Assembly: GCA_043228905.1 (NCBI GenBank)
Contig: JBHGNT010000003.1
Span: forward strand, 16,368,001 to 16,432,000
Source of the DNA: Azolla caroliniana
Lineage: Eukaryota > Plantae > Polypodiophyta
DNA length: 64,000 bases
Direction: 5' to 3'
Shown: positions 22,473 through 37,400 of the stretch, one piece after another
How positions within the stretch are numbered: the stretch's first letter is position 1
How the letters are laid out: the number at the start of each line of letters is the position of its first letter
Translations under genes and position numbers: made by a program
The notes under the pieces: generated by a model
The model's input: the letters and a program-made list of their open reading frames with translations, nothing else
What the model was told of the DNA's origin: nothing
Databases searched by the model: none

Positions 22473-25400
22473 CATTGGGGCTAGCCATTGGTGATGGGAT
22501 TCGATCCCAATGATTTCTGAGGACAACCGATTCTGAAATACACAATGAGCATGGAAACCGGGAAAAACAGCGAATGCACAGTACATAGTAATTACGTGGA
22601 AACCCTAAATGGGAAAAACCACACGGAGGAATAGAGATTACACTATACAGAGAGAAGTACAAGGTGAGATCACACAATACAACACTCTAAAACTGAGTGT
22701 ATCAGTCGCACAGGGCCCTTGATGTCCACACTCACTTAGCTATGGTGCCGCTCTATTTCTCACTCTCACTTTTTTACACACTACTGTTCTATGCTCACTT
22801 ACGCAATAGAGGCACACACACTACTTTTGCCCTAGGTGTATTTATATTCATACACAATATGGGCTATTTACAATCATGGCCATTATTGTTATCTAATAAT
22901 AATAATAGTCTTATTAATCAGTCGACTGTCAACACTTGGCCTGACTAGTCGGCTAATCCCTGTCCTCGACTGTCGTCTCTATTTGGGTAGTGGAATCCTC
23001 CCACTGGAGGGAAATATTCCTAACAAATTCCCCCTTCACTCTTGTGGGAGGGAGTCCGTTAGTCCCGTCCTCTGTTGAAAGGCTCTAAGTCTGTCCATCG
23101 GTAGGTTCTTTGTAAGAATGCCGGATCCATTGTTGTCAGTATGGATCTTCACGAGGATAAACTCTCCTTTTTCAACTTTCTCCTGCAACTAGTGATACCT
23201 TCTCTATATATGCTTGGTTTGGGAGTGATACACAATGTTCTTGGCTAGGTGTATGGCACTTTGGTTGTCACAATGAAGCAAGAACTCCCTTTGCTTCATC
23301 CCCAACTCACTGAGAAAATTTCTCATCCAAATCAGCTCTTTGTCGGCCTCTACCGCTTGCCATGTACTCTGCCTTTGTGGTCGACAAGTCCATCGGTAGG
23401 TTCTTTGTAAGCATGTCAGATCCATTGTTGTCAGTATGGTTCTTCACGAGGATAAACTCTCCTTTTTCGACTTTCTCCTGCAACTAGTGATGCCTTCTCT
23501 ATATATGCTTGGTTTGGGAGTGATACACAATGTTCTTGGCTAGGTGTATGGCACTTTGGTTGTCACAATGAAGCAAGAACTCCCTTTGCTTCATCCCCAA
23601 CTCACTGAGAAAATTTCTCATCCAAATCAGCTCTTTGTCGGCCTCTACCGCTTGCCATGTACTCTGCCTTTGTGGTCGACAAGTCCATCGGTAGGTTCTT
23701 TGTAAGCATGTCAGATCCATTGTTGTCAGTATGGTTCTTCATGAGGATAAACTCTCCTTTTTCGACTTTCTCCTGCAACTAGTGATGCCTTCTCTATATA
23801 TGCTTGGTCTGGGAGTGATACGCAATGTTCTTGGCTAGGTGTATGGCACTTTGGCTATCACAAGGAAGCAAGAAATCCCTTTGCTTCATCCCCAACTCGT
23901 TGAGAACATTTCTCATCCAAATCAACTCTTTGCCGGCCTCTACCGCTTGCCATGTACTCTGCCTTTGTGGTCGACAAGGCCACAGACTTCTGCAGTCGTG
24001 ACTGCCACGATACTGCTCCCCCTACATAGGTCATCACGTACCCTGACATGGATTGGCTTGAGTACAAGGTGAAAGATTCAAACTTCTTGTACCATTGGCG
24101 TGGAGCTTGTTTCAGGCCATACAAGCTTTTCTTCAGTTGACACACAAGGTTCTCTTTCCCTTTCTCCACAAAGCCTTCGGGCTGCTGCATGTAGATCTCT
24201 TCATCCAGCTCCCCGTGCAAGAATGTTGTCTTGACATCCAACTGTTTGATCTCCAAGTCCATGCTGGCGGCTATGCTCAGAACGTTTGTCATCTTCACGG
24301 CTGGTGTGAATATGTCGTCAAAGTTGACACCCGTTTTCTGTTCGAACCCCTTCACCACTATGCGGGCTTTATAACTAGGTGCGTTGTCGACTTCTCCAGT
24401 CTTCACCTTATAGAACCATTTGTTCCTGAGTGCTCTCTTAGCTTTTGGTAATTCTACTAGGTCATAGGTGTAGTTTTGTGCAAGGAGTCCATCTCATCTT
24501 GCATCACGCTCAACCATTTCTCTCTATGCTCGTTGACAATGGCTTCATCATAGCACTCTGGTTCACCTTCATCAGTCAAGAAGATGTATTGATTCGGTTG
24601 AGCTTGTTCGCTCAACACACGAGCTAAAGTAAAATGTGGTGGGACGTCGATCTATAGAAATGAAAAACGTTGCATGTGAAAAATAGGACAATAAACTATC
24701 AAGCCTCCTTAGATAAGTAACAAGGATCTTAAGGTTCGTGTTCATATGGGGCAAACATTAATGCATTGTCCATTGAGAATTTAGTATGCTTGCGCTTCAA
24801 AACATTCTAAGGCTATATTTTTAAACAGCTCACCAAAATCGATGGTGTGATTGTGAATTGTTTGGGATTGTCCAAGTAAACATGCAGAAAAGTTTGACAA
24901 ACTAGCTCAGTCGGATAGCAACAGAAGATGAAAGGAAAACTCAACACACAGAGAGTACGCGTACGCATGAGAGACAGACACAGAGAGAGAGAGAACAGAA
25001 CATAAACTCAATTCAAAAGAATACTCTCAATTTCTGTGTACTAACCATGTGCTTAGAGAGCACTTTTATACACTTTTATACAACCGAACTCCTTCAGATG
25101 CTGGTAAGACACGTCTTTACCGGTCCATACTCTCTGTGATGTGTCTCTGTCGAAGGGTGCTCAGGGTGATTGATTTATCGTGTAGGTCGCCGTCGTCAAC
25201 GCCTCAGCCCAAAAAATCTTGGACAACTTAGCATGTGCCAGGATGATCCGGACTCTCTCCATTTTAAAAGTCCAATTCACCGTTTTAGCCGACCCGTTCA
25301 ACTCCGGTGTCTTCGGCATGGTATATTCGAGTTGTATTCCCTTCGACCGGTAGTACTCCTCGAATTGCCCTCGGTATTCGTGTCCATTGTCCACTCGAAC

Positions 25401-26035
25401 CGCCTTTAGCTTCTGGTTGGTTTCCCTTTCCACTCTTGCGTGGAATTTCTTGAAGACGGATAATACCTAGTCCTTCGTCTTCAGCGGTGAGACCCATAGT
25501 TTCCGGCTGTGGTCATCTATGAATGTCACGAAGTATTGTGATCTGGCATGTGACTTCGTGTCCACTTGGCATACATCGGTATGCACAAGCTCTAGTGGTT
25601 CTCTCCGTCTTGTTGGTGGTCTCGACCGGAAAGAGGTTTCGTTCTGCTTTCCGACCAAACTGTCGGTGCACCTCTCAAGCTGCACGTCTTTCACCTCTGG
25701 TATGAGGTTATCTTCGGCAAGTCGATGCATCCTTTTCTGCCTCATGTGACCCAACATCTTGTGCCACAACACACCGGCAATGTTGGATACCACGTTCAAT
25801 TCTTCCCGGTATATCGGGGCATGCATCAGGTACAAGGTGTTGATATTTCGGGCTCGAGCCACAATCAGCCTCCCTTTGCTGAACTTCATGACTCTGTTCC
25901 GGATGCTACCCGTGTAGCCTTCATCATCTAACCGACCGGCTGATATTAGGTTCAACCGAACCTTCGGAACGTGTCAGACATCTTCCAGCAGCAAGTTGCA
26001 CTCAGTTGACGTCGTCAACCACAAGTCTCCTATGT
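22473..26035 (-). mobile_element. Decayed Ty1/copia 3' half with full 3' LTR (~22473-23025); duplicate of 1-3296
   Basis: Same ORF fragments at +22739. The LTR end position is approximate. Confidence 0.9.
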
Positions 26036-27111
26036 CCATGCATGGAGAGCGTTGACTCGTTTATCAATTTTCAAAAACGCAAAGGTTGAAAACAATGCAA
26101 TTGTCTTAATGCAATCTTTAAAAAATCTAGAAGAATGGGTCAAGACTAGATAGTCAGCATGCTCTAATGCTTAGAACAACACATCACACTCCATAGTTTG
26201 GCCCAATAGAAAGGACATTTAATGGAATAGGTAAGCTCATTGCACACATAGATCTTCAAGTTTTTTTCTGTAATCATAATTAGCCAAATGGTGTCATTAT
26301 AGTACAAATAAATGAGACTATACCATAGCAAAATCTTGTGACAAGGCTATGATATAGACTTGAGGTGATCAAACAATCGAATGTTCGATAGATAAGGGGA
26401 GAAAAAGGTACCACGATTCTATTAGGGAGGGGTGTGTGCATGTTTGAGCACTCACGGTGGGCATGGCAAACATAAATACATGACCAGAATGTGTAGTAGG
26501 TGACAAAGGTTCACCGACCATAGGAACACGAGATGGGAGTCTATTGTTGTGGTGTTTGCGTATATGGGGTTCATAAGAAAACTCTTTCTGAAATTTTCAC
26601 GAGGAAGAGGAGGTGAGAATGTTTCCTTACCATGCAAAATATGTCACATGTGGAGACCTACCTTTCGAAAGTTGAGATCCTAAATGGTTGACAATTGGAA
26701 ACATACATTTTAACGTTGACCTTTGAAAGGCATGACAAATCGTTTGGTTGGGCCAAGTTGAGCCTCACTTTAATGCTAGTTTGACATGGTCATACAATGA
26801 CTTTACTTTGCTGGACTAGACTTCACGAACTGCTACTTGGGTCAACTTGAACTAATCAGTTGGGCCAAGTTGAGTCGCCACTTGAATGCCCCTTTGACAT
26901 AGTCATACAATATTCAATGGCATTACTTCTGCTATCTGTCTATAAAGGCTTGGACTTCGTAGCCATAGAGTGATTAAGGATATGCAATCTAATTAGCAGT
27001 CTTATTTGTGAATGCTGACAAGGTCCTCAGTGATTACTGAGGGGTCAAAGGATTACTATACCTGCAATTTTAACCATCCAATTTGTGTTTCCGCACCTAA
27101 AAACTTCGGTC

Positions 27112-28318
27112 ATGGGAAAGGGTAGGAAAGGCTTTGAGAAGCTGAAGGACATCAACACCACTGATTATAAAAACCCTCAGATTTGGTCCGTTGGTGATTA
27201 ATACATTATTAGCTCATAATTAATCAAATGATTGTGATTGTATTGTTAATATTCACTAGCTTCACACATGTTTACTGATGTTTCATTCCGTTTTCATAAT
27301 TAGGGATAAGAAAAATCCTCACCGACATGCGGCGATGGCGTGCTTGGTCACAGGCGTCTACAGGCTCGAAGAAGACCGAAAGCACAGAGGTCGACTGTTA
27401 TTTCCATCTAAGGTGCACGCTGATACTGCCATATGGTGGACACATTTCCAATACGATCTCGTGGAGATTCTTGACCATCAGTCCAAAACCGGTAGTCTGA
27501 CTATCTTTGGGGCGGTTTACCGTAGCAAGCTCGGCCAGGCTCCCACCGGCCCGGCGACTATCGTGATTGCATTCCGTGGCACAATGATGCGAAAGGCAGA
27601 TTGGGAGGCGAATCTTATGATATATTTGGGACGGCTAGAATCTGACCCGCGGTTCATGAAGGGGCTTAATGCGGTGAAAAGAGCGGTGAAAGAGGTGGGA
27701 TGGGAGAGAGTGTGTGTGACGGGTCACTCGAAAGGGGCGGCCATAGGATTGCTGGTAGGGCGTGCCATGGCAGAGAAGGGAAAGCTAATAGAAGCGCATC
27801 TCTTCAATCCACCACACCCGACCCTACGAAACGAGAGGCCATTAGGATCGATATCGATGCTGAAGCCTCCGACATGGGTTGTTGGTACAGTGGAGTTCTT
27901 ACACGAGCTCGCCGCTCGGACATTGAGCTCCATGACGCAAGAGGCAGAGGTAGTGGAAGAAGAGAGGAAACGGTTTGAGTCGCTGAGCCCGTGGCGGCCC
28001 AGCCTGTACGTGAACACGCACGATCCCATTTGCTCTGCGTACATCACATTCTTCCGAGCTGCGCAGTATGTGCCGCCCCAACTCCGTCGGCTCCACAGCA
28101 TGCCATATTCCATACGCCAGAGCCTTCTGTCTATACTTGGTGTGGATTCAAGGCCACATCACCTCATCCCCCGTGCGAAGCTCGTGATACGCAGGCACCA
28201 CCACGAGTGCTCCTCCTCTTCCTCCCAGCAGGAACTCCGAGAGCCTCACAGATTGCTGCAGTGGTGTAACATCCAGCCTTCCAATGTGGAGGAGGTTGAA
28301 GCCCATCGGGGCGACTGA
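27112..28318 (+). CDS. Class-3 lipase type A copy 2; join(27112..27185,27304..28318), 362 aa
   Basis: Protein identical to A1. Confidence 0.9.
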
Positions 28319-28686
28319 GCGGATGCCGTTGAGCATTATTAGTAGTAGGTGGTCTACATTCACGGACAGCTTACTTGCTATGCTTCTGCTAATTGTTGCA
28401 TTAGGAGGGGGTTTCCACAAAACTTCCCTCAATTATAGTACACGGTTGTCTTTTGGTTGTATTAGAAGGGTAATTGTATTTGGAATTGTGTGTGTATGGC
28501 TTGTATTAGAAGGGATCTTGACCGAATATAGTCACTCTTTTTGTTTCCACAAAACTTCCATCAATTATAGTATATGGTGTCAAAATTATGTACATGCTCA
28601 TCAGAAGAGTAAGTAGGGCCTTTCAAATTCACCATGCCATATCGTTGCGCCCTAATGGCCATGAAGGCATGTCCGATCATACATAT

Positions 28687-28927
28687 TGTTGATCATTAAT
28701 GGATCCGGAGAAGCCGGAGAAGAACGAGCCGGATTGGAGTGGTCTAGAAGTGGTTTGGGTGGGTCCGGTATGAATCCAAAGAGAGACAGATTTATGAATA
28801 TGTTTCTTATGGGTTGTTGAGGCCACATTTGTAAATAGCCTGTAAGTTATGAGTATAAATATAATTAGGGCAAATGGGTAGTGTGTCCTGGTGTTGCTAT
28901 TATCATTCTTGTTGTAGAGAAAGAGAC

Positions 28928-28962
<35 letters not shown>

Positions 28963-30245
28963 AAGCTTTTCTGTTGTAACCGTCGGTTGGCAGAAGGTAG
29001 AGTTCGCGGTCGTTGCCTTTGAGATTCACATTATTGTACCTCTCCTCTACAGTGAATTTGTTCGGAGGTTTGAGAGCTCCTGCGATTTTTCCCGGTTAAG
29101 GTTTCCACGTTAACATTCTGTGTCATCTTATTTATGGTTTTTGTTTCTTCCCCTATGTGATTGGGACTCGGTTGTAGCCGAGCACTCCTCTATTTTTTAT
29201 CAAATTGGTATCAGAGCATGGAAGATCCATTCGGCGGGATGTTCAAGCTCACCAGCTTAGTGTGCAAGTCGAAGATGCGGGACATGTTGGTGGTCAAAGA
29301 TCTCTAGTTGTCAGTATAGTTTGGAGATAAAAGACCAGATAAAATAGATGTTGCGAACTAGGAGGTGATGCATATGAAGACGATGGGATACATTCGATGC
29401 TTCATCGACATGAGCGTGTACAACAACTTTAATGAAGAGAGTAAGACTCATGTGCTCTAGGAAAAAAACTGTACCATGCTGGAGAGCAAAAATGTTGTGA
29501 ATCGGGTCTCAGTATTTCGGAAATTAGTGAGACTCCGATAACAAGACGGCTCCAGTATGGCGGAGCACATGAATGCCTTCCCGAGGCTAATAAATCAAAC
29601 AATCTCATTGGAAATACTGATAGCCAACGACGTACTCGCGTTGCTACTGCTCGGTTCCCTCCTGAATAGTTGGGAGATGCTAGTTGTCACTTTGGGCAAC
29701 GTTGGGCCAGAAGGAAAACATCTATCCCTAGCAAGGGCAAAATCAAGCTTGCCGGATGAAGACGCTCACCAGAAGGACCAGGAGTCTAGAACCGATCCGA
29801 AGGCCTTGGTCACGGAAGACGATCATAACCGGGGAAGAGGCTGGAATCGGCATCCCCAGAACCAGGACAAATTAGGGACGCGGTCGAAGTCAAGGGGAAG
29901 GCCCACTTGCTTTTATTGCGGAAAGTCGGGGCACTTCCAGAAGAATTGCCATACACTCGCGTAAGGAGAAAGGAACTGACAATGCCGACTCAAAGAAGGG
30001 CCCGGACTGGAGAAGTTCGGATCGGAAAGGAATGTCGGCAATCGCAACGAGCGAGGAAGAACTACTGCTCATCATCGAGGAGAGCGAGCTACATCGTGTT
30101 AGCGACGAGACGACATGGGTGGTTGACTCCCGGAGCATCGTTCCATCTGACCCTCGACCGGAAGTGCTTAGCATCCTACAGAGCCGAAGATCACGAGGAT
30201 GTTTTGGATGGGGAATGAAGGTGCATGCCGGATTGTCGGCAACAT
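28687..30245 (+). mobile_element. Ty1/copia 5' half (LTR, PBS 29206-29217, gag, start of protease); duplicate of 5948-7506
   Basis: Near-identical to 5948-7506. Confidence 0.9.
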
Positions 30246-31618
30246 GAACTCATATTAGAAACATGTCATGAATATAAATCATTACTCAGTATTTGGATTT
30301 CCATGATTACAAAGCTTATGACCACACCATTATAGTATCATAACAAGATAGAGTCACGGATCTTGAATTTAATTGAGTACTTGGCAATAGTTGGCAAGAA
30401 TGCTTAAAATCTCTCTTATATAACATTTTGCATAGCTTTCACATTATGGTTTACCATGTAATGTATTATTTGGTTACTATACTTGTTTATAATGGTACAA
30501 TTTTCATATTTACACTTGCCCTTCTGAAGAAAGGTTCCTCATTTAAAGCTATAATTATTGGCTCCAGAGAATAATTAAAGTAGAAAGTGTAGGAAAAGGC
30601 TAACCTACGCCTATTCTTCAACTTGATTTAGTAACCCTATCAAAGCAACTCAAGAAAAGATATTTTAGCAGCAATGTTATTGATCTGCCGATAGTTGAAT
30701 ACTATAACCGACAGACACAATATGTCGAACGTTGGACTCTTAATGTTCTATCAAGATGATTGTGGTGAGAAATGAATAGAACTACTAGTCGGTAATCGGA
30801 ACTGCTTACTAAGTAACCATGATCAACTACTTGCCTTAATATAATTATTTAGTAGACACATAATTAGAGTTCGACACAGATAACAATACAGAATAGTAAG
30901 AACACAGTCGATTGAGATATACTCTAACTACTAACTTATATTATTTCAAAATAGAACGAGAGGATTAAAATGCTCTCAGTCCCTTTTTATAGGTGATCCG
31001 AGAGTCTCTATTCAAGATTTATGTTTGCCATGTTTGACAAGGACTGCGACAAAATTGTCGTAACTAACTACACTATTTTCTTACTTGGCAAAAATATATT
31101 ATTTAATTTCTGACTCATCGATCCACGTCCTTGGTCCGACCGTGACACTTGCTTGATCCGTACTCCTGAGAACACTATAAAAGGAGGCACAAGGCATTAT
31201 TTCGAACCAAATCGGTTCAAGGCCAGTCTTAAGCCTCCTAGCTACTATTGTATATTCTCTTAACATAATATATATCTTTTGTTATCATGGTTCTCTCTCT
31301 CTCTCTCTCTCTCTCTTTTATTTATTTATCATAATTAGCTTACCCTAGTGGTAAGTTCTTAACACTAGAAGCACTACGTCTTGGGTTCGAAACCCAATTC
31401 TTTTCACTTCTCTCTATTATATACTTCATATATATCTCTTAATTCACTAGATGCCACTGTGGAATGTAGGGGTTGAACCCATGACGACCTGGTCTCCATT
31501 GGGCAACCTTACAAACTCCGCTACATCCATCTGGGCACATTCTCTCTCTCTCTCTCTATTCCCTTCTCTCGAGAGTTCTACACCTCTCTTAGTACTAGTC
31601 CTCATCTTTTAGTACTAA

Positions 31619-34009
31619 CTCCTTCTCTGTGTCAGTATTGTTCCTGGTAGTACTTCTCTGTCTTAGTACTGCTCCTGGCACCTAGTTGACATCCAACCTC
31701 CGACCGGATGAATCCATGTATCTTCTGACCGATCTGTGTCGGTTTCTTGGAGGATGTTATCTTCTTCTCCGATTCCTAGTCGACGATGGTCTTGTCTTCC
31801 ACGAAGACTAGGTCTCTGCTCTGGATCACTTTCTTCTCGGCAAGGTTCCACAATCGGTAGCCAAACTCATCAACATCGTATCCAAGGAATATGCATGGCC
31901 GAGATTTTGGATCTAATTTCTACCCATTTTTCCTTTGCGATATGCACATATACGAGACATCCGAACACCTTCATATGCCGGTAAGAAACGTCTTTGCCAA
32001 TCCATACTCTCTGTGGTATCTCTCTCCAAGGGTGTTGAGGGTGATCTGTTTATCATGTACATCATTGTCATCAACGCCTTAGCCCATAACGTCTTGGACA
32101 ACCTGGAATATGCAAGCATACTCTAGACTCTCTCTATTATGGTCTGGTTCATTCTCTCGACGAGACCGTTTAGCTCTCACGTCTTTGGCACGGTGAATTC
32201 AAAACAGAATCCTTTCGACCACCGGTAATCCTCAAACTATCCTCGGTATTCGCCACCGTTGTCTGCTCAAACTACCTTCAACTTCCTGATAGTCTCTCTT
32301 TCAACTCTAGCATGGAACTTGTTGAAGATGGGCATTACCTGGTCGTTCGTCTTCAACGTGGAGACCCACAACTTCCGATTTTGGTCATCTATGAACATCA
32401 GGACGTATTGCGATCTGGCATGTGACTTCGTGTCCACTTGGCATACATCGGTATGCACGAGCTCCAACGGTGCATTCCGTCTCATGGGCGGTCTCTACCT
32501 AAAGGAGGTTTTGTTTTGCTTGCCGGTGAAGTAATCAGTGCACATCTCAAGTTGCATGGTCTTTACCTTCGGAATGAAATTATCTTTGGCAAGTCTCCAC
32601 ATCCTCTTTGGACTCATGTGATACAACCTCTTGTGCCACAACTTACCGGTAGTGTCAACTGCCAAATTTACCTCCTCTTGGCATATTCGAGCATGCATTA
32701 GCTATAGTGTGTTGATGTTTTGGGATCGGGCCATGATCATGCTTCCCTTGTAGAATTTCATGGTGTTCTTCCAGATACTACCCGTGTAGCCTTCATCGTC
32801 TAGCCGACCGGCTGACATCAAACTCAATCTAAATTCTGGTACGTGGTGCATTTCTCTCAGTAGCAATTTGCACCCGGTTGACGCTGTCAAACACACGTCT
32901 TTGATGCCGATGATTGAACATGGTCCATCATTCCTCATCTTCACGAAACCATGGTCTCCAGCTTTGTACGATGAGAAGCACTTCCGGTTGGGAGTTAGAT
33001 GATACGACGTTCCGAAGTCGACCACCCATGTTGATTCATCGTTGACAAGGTGCAACTCACTCTGCTCGGTGATTATCACCAATTCCTCTTCACTTGTCAT
33101 GATTGCCAATGTTCCTTTCCTCTCCGAAATCATTTTTGGTTTAGAACCGTCGTCTCCCCCTTTGTCATTCCGGAAGTGTCAGCAATTCTTTTGGAAATGC
33201 CCCGCTTTCCCACAATAGAAACAAGTGGCACCCCACCTCCCCCTTGATTTTGACATTGTCCCTGACTTGTCCCTGTTTTGGGGACTTTGGTTACGGCCTC
33301 TTCCCCAGTTTGTGTCACCTTCCGTGACCAAGGCCTTCTGATCGGTTCCCGACTCCTAGTCCTTCTGGAGAGTTTCTTCATTTAGCAGGCTCGAGTTTAC
33401 TCTCGCTAGGGATAAGTGTTTTCCTTCCGGTCTGACGTTGCCCAACATAACAACTAGCATCTCCCCGTTGTTCGAAAGGGATATGAGCAACAACAATGCC
33501 AGTACCTCGTCAACTAGAGGTACTTCTAGAGAGGTGGTCTAATTTATCAAACCTTGGAAGGCATTCATATGCTCTGCCATCAGGAGGCATCTTGATATCA
33601 GATATGAGCAACAACAATGCCAGTACCTCGTCAACTAGAGGTACTTCTAGAGAGGTGGTCTAATTTATCAAACCTTGGAAGGCATTCATATGCTCTGCCA
33701 TCAGGAGGCATCTTGATATCAGAGTCTTACTACTTTTCAAAATACTAAGACTCGATTCACGGCATTCTTGTTCTCCAACATGATGCCAATCTTCTCCCAA
33801 AGTTCGTGAGCCTTTTTTTCCTCATTGAAGTTGTTGTACAGGCTCATGTCGATGAAGCATCGAATGTAAGTCGTCATCTTCATATGCATCCCTTCCCATG
33901 TCAGTGCATCTATCTTATCTGGTTTTTCATCTTCGAACTGCACTGGCAACCAGAGATCCTTGGCCACCAGCATGTCCCTCATCTTTGACTTCCCTATTGG
34001 CCAGTCAGA
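31619..34009 (-). mobile_element. Decayed Ty1/copia internal region; duplicate of 8880-11270
   Basis: Same ORF fragments at +22739. Confidence 0.9.
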
Positions 34010-34464
34010 AGTGGAAGGACAAGTGGGAAGGCGGAATCGGATATAGTAATATAAAGAAAATATTAGTAGGACTATTATTTGGAGGGACGGATCCGGTACA
34101 GGAAGGGATTGGATGTTAGAATACACGCGTAAGATAATTACAATTAGCACAGACGGTAAGACAATACAGACACTAAGATAATTACGCAATGGTTAAACTT
34201 GTATTACTTCCGTAAACATCATTACAACTCATCGGATCCTTTTATAGGCATCCGGCAAGGTTACAAAACGGTGCGCTTAGGCAACCGGCATCCGAATCGG
34301 TTCGGATCCGGATCGGTACAACTGTACCGGATCCGTCCCTCCGAATAATAGTCCTACTAATATTTTCTTTATATTACTATATCCGATTCCGCCTTCCCAC
34401 TTGTCCTTCCACTGAAGAAGAGTCGGACGACTCATTAACACCGGAGCCAACGGAAGAAATAACC

Positions 34465-37400
34465 TTGGAGTTCGGTGACCGGCAATCGCCGAGAGAGGCT
34501 GACAGGCCACCGACATCACCCGCGGAGGAACCGAAGGATCCGACACCGACACCACCTGCGGAGGAACCGAAGGATCGGATACCGACACCACCTGTGGAGG
34601 AACCGAAGGATCCGATACCGACACCACCCGCGGAGGAATCGAAGGATCGGACACCGACACCACCTACGGAGGAACCGAAGGATCGGACACTGACACCAAC
34701 CGCGGAGAAAGAGCAGAGAGAGCAGGAGAGTCATTTGGACGACACGATGCCGCTTTCGTACACAAAGTACCGGGATGATTCCGACGCGGAGGCGCATGTT
34801 TACGCATTCCTCCAAACATGGGAAGCCAACCATGTTTCTCAAAGATTGACGGAAGCCGAGGCCGAATGATCCAAAGTCGCCGAATTCGGCATGACATTAG
34901 AAGGACCGGCCGCCCGAAGGCATGCAAAGCATTTACCGGGCAACTTTGCCGCATTTGACGCCTTGAAGGCCAAATTCCTTCGGCTTTTCCACAGACAAGT
35001 CGAACAAAGGGAATTGGTCGGGCAATTCTATACCACCCGGCAGGAAGAGCACGAAACCGTGCCACAGTTTATAATCCGGTTCCAGAACCTTCACAACCAA
35101 TTGACAAGAGCACCCCCTGAGGACGAAGCCAAAGCAGTATTTTTGGCTCCGTTAAGAGAGCCACTACGAACAATGTGCGGATTCCTTGACTTCCGTACGA
35201 GCACAGTGGACCAGGTCATTGATCGGGTCCTTGAAATGGACAAAAATAGCTCATTCATGTCATTGGGGATGTTACACCGGGCACTTCCGAAGGAAGAAGA
35301 TTTGAGGTTCCGGCAGGCCCTGCAGTGCACGACGTGCCTCACTTTGGGCCACTCAACGGTCGACTGCACTCTGTGCACACAGTGTATGATCTGTAACTCT
35401 CGGGCACATAGAACGGACTGCTGCGAGTACAACTTGCTTAATCAGCAGGCTGCACCGGTCCAACACATAGAACCGTGCAATAATCAGGACCCGGAAGAAG
35501 ATCGATTCCGGAGAAATGACCGCGACCAACGTGAACGCGGCGACAGATATACTGATCGACGACACGATAACTATGACCGCAACGACAAATGTAGAGATGA
35601 CTATCACAGGGACCGGTATGAGCGGGACGACTCCCCGGACTATGACCGACGAAGAGACGATAAACGCCAGGGGAACCGAAACTTCCGACGGAATCAAAAG
35701 CGAGGATTTTTCCGAAGAGAAGAACGCCGGGAAGCAGCAAGGAATGGCAACCCGACATCGGCACCGGATAACCGGAAAGACGAAGACAACCGTCGGGTTA
35801 TACCCACCTCCCAAACCGGAGACAGAGCAAAATCAAGTAACAATCACAAAGTGTATTGTTATTACTGCCGGAAAGAGGGGCATTACAGTAATCAATGCCC
35901 AAGAAAGACAAATGAAAAACAACCGGCAGTCAATATGGTTACTGCCGAAGTAACCGATGTGCAGCAAGTCATGACCCGGTCAAAAGGGAAGGCTGCTGAA
36001 TGGGAAGCCCAGGAGGCAATTAGGAAGCAAGCGGCGCAATGGATCAAGAAGGCCAATGAACAAAATGCGGCGGAGATAAGAGACCAGAACACGCCAAGGG
36101 ACGAAGAAATCACACAACCAGTAGAAAACCCGACGTGGCAAGCACTCCAGGACTGTCAGATCGTGCTGCCATTGGCACGACTACTTCAGTTGGTACCTCG
36201 GTTCACAGCAGATCTACAGGCAGCCGTCATCAAACCGAAGCCGACACCAGCATCGGCATTTTTCTCCAATCCGGAAGAAGGACCGACTGTGGTCGATACA
36301 AGTAGCCCGACAATCACAGCAATTGTGAAAGGGAAGGAAATCGCCGAAACGATCATTGACGGGGGATCCGGAGTAAACGTCATCAGCCGGAAAACATGCG
36401 ATAACCTGGGCATCCGGGAATGGGAACCATGTCCTTTTTTGTTACGCATGGCAGATACCAGCTCAGTCCGACCGACCGGGCTTATCCGGGACCTGGAGGT
36501 CGCTATCGGAGGCCACGTATTTCGCATATCGACCGTCGTGCTTCAGCTGAACGTACAAGGAGCGTATCCTCTACTGTTGGGACGGCCATGGCTACGAACG
36601 GCCCATATTAAGCAGAACTGGCAAAAGAACGTTATCACATTCCGGCGTGGAAAAACAAAGGTACGCGTGGCTACGCAACCACGGGTAATCGCCCGCAAAG
36701 AAGCAACCCCATTATACGCGGAGAGTATCAACATGTTGGAGGGGTTACCAGATGACGAGGTCGATCGCTACCTAGAGGAACACTCACGAATCGTACCGCT
36801 ATTTGAGGTAGACATCACGATGGCGGTAGAACCATATATCACGACACCGGAACCGGACGAACCGGATTAGGCAACGATCCGGGAATTGCGTCAGGCACAA
36901 GAGTCATTAGAAAGAGAAATGACAATATCTCAGAGGGTGAAGGCATCCTAGCTGGAGGAGGTGGACCTCGATACAACGGACAAGCCCAGACCGATCAACG
37001 TGGCAAAAGAGTTGCCAAACGAGGAAAAGAAGGCAATGGTGGCGCTACTAACGGATTTCCGGGACGTATTCGCATGGTCGTATGAAGACCTGCGAGGGTT
37101 GGACCCCCAGCTGTACCAACACCAGATTCATTTGAGTACAGACGCGAAACCAGTAGCCCAACGAAGATACCGGATGAACCCAAACTATGCGGCGAAGGTT
37201 AAGGAGGAAATCGACAAGCTACTCCGGGTCGGATTCATCCGACCAGTAAAGCAGGCGACCTGGCTAAGCCCGATAGTAGTCGTTCTAAAGAAGAACGGCA
37301 AGATCCGGGTATGTGTGGACTACCGGAAATTGAATGCCGCAACAATGACCGACGCATTTCCATTACCGTTTACGGACGGAGTACTAGATGCGGTGGCCGG

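Larger units (their letters stand above)
18255..31159. repeat. Left arm of large inverted duplication
   Basis: Reverse complement of 43128-55528 (27278..28318 vs 46048..47088; 20026..21234 vs 53071..54210), with arm-specific indels. Confidence 0.95.
22740..37125. repeat. Direct segmental duplication, copy 2
   Basis: Matches 1-14386 at constant offset 22739. Confidence 0.97.

Noticed and set aside
36868-36870. Programmed stop-codon readthrough between protease and RT
   Set aside because: Shared by both copies, but it lacks the CARYYA context and looks like the other CAG>TAG mutations; it probably predates the duplication.
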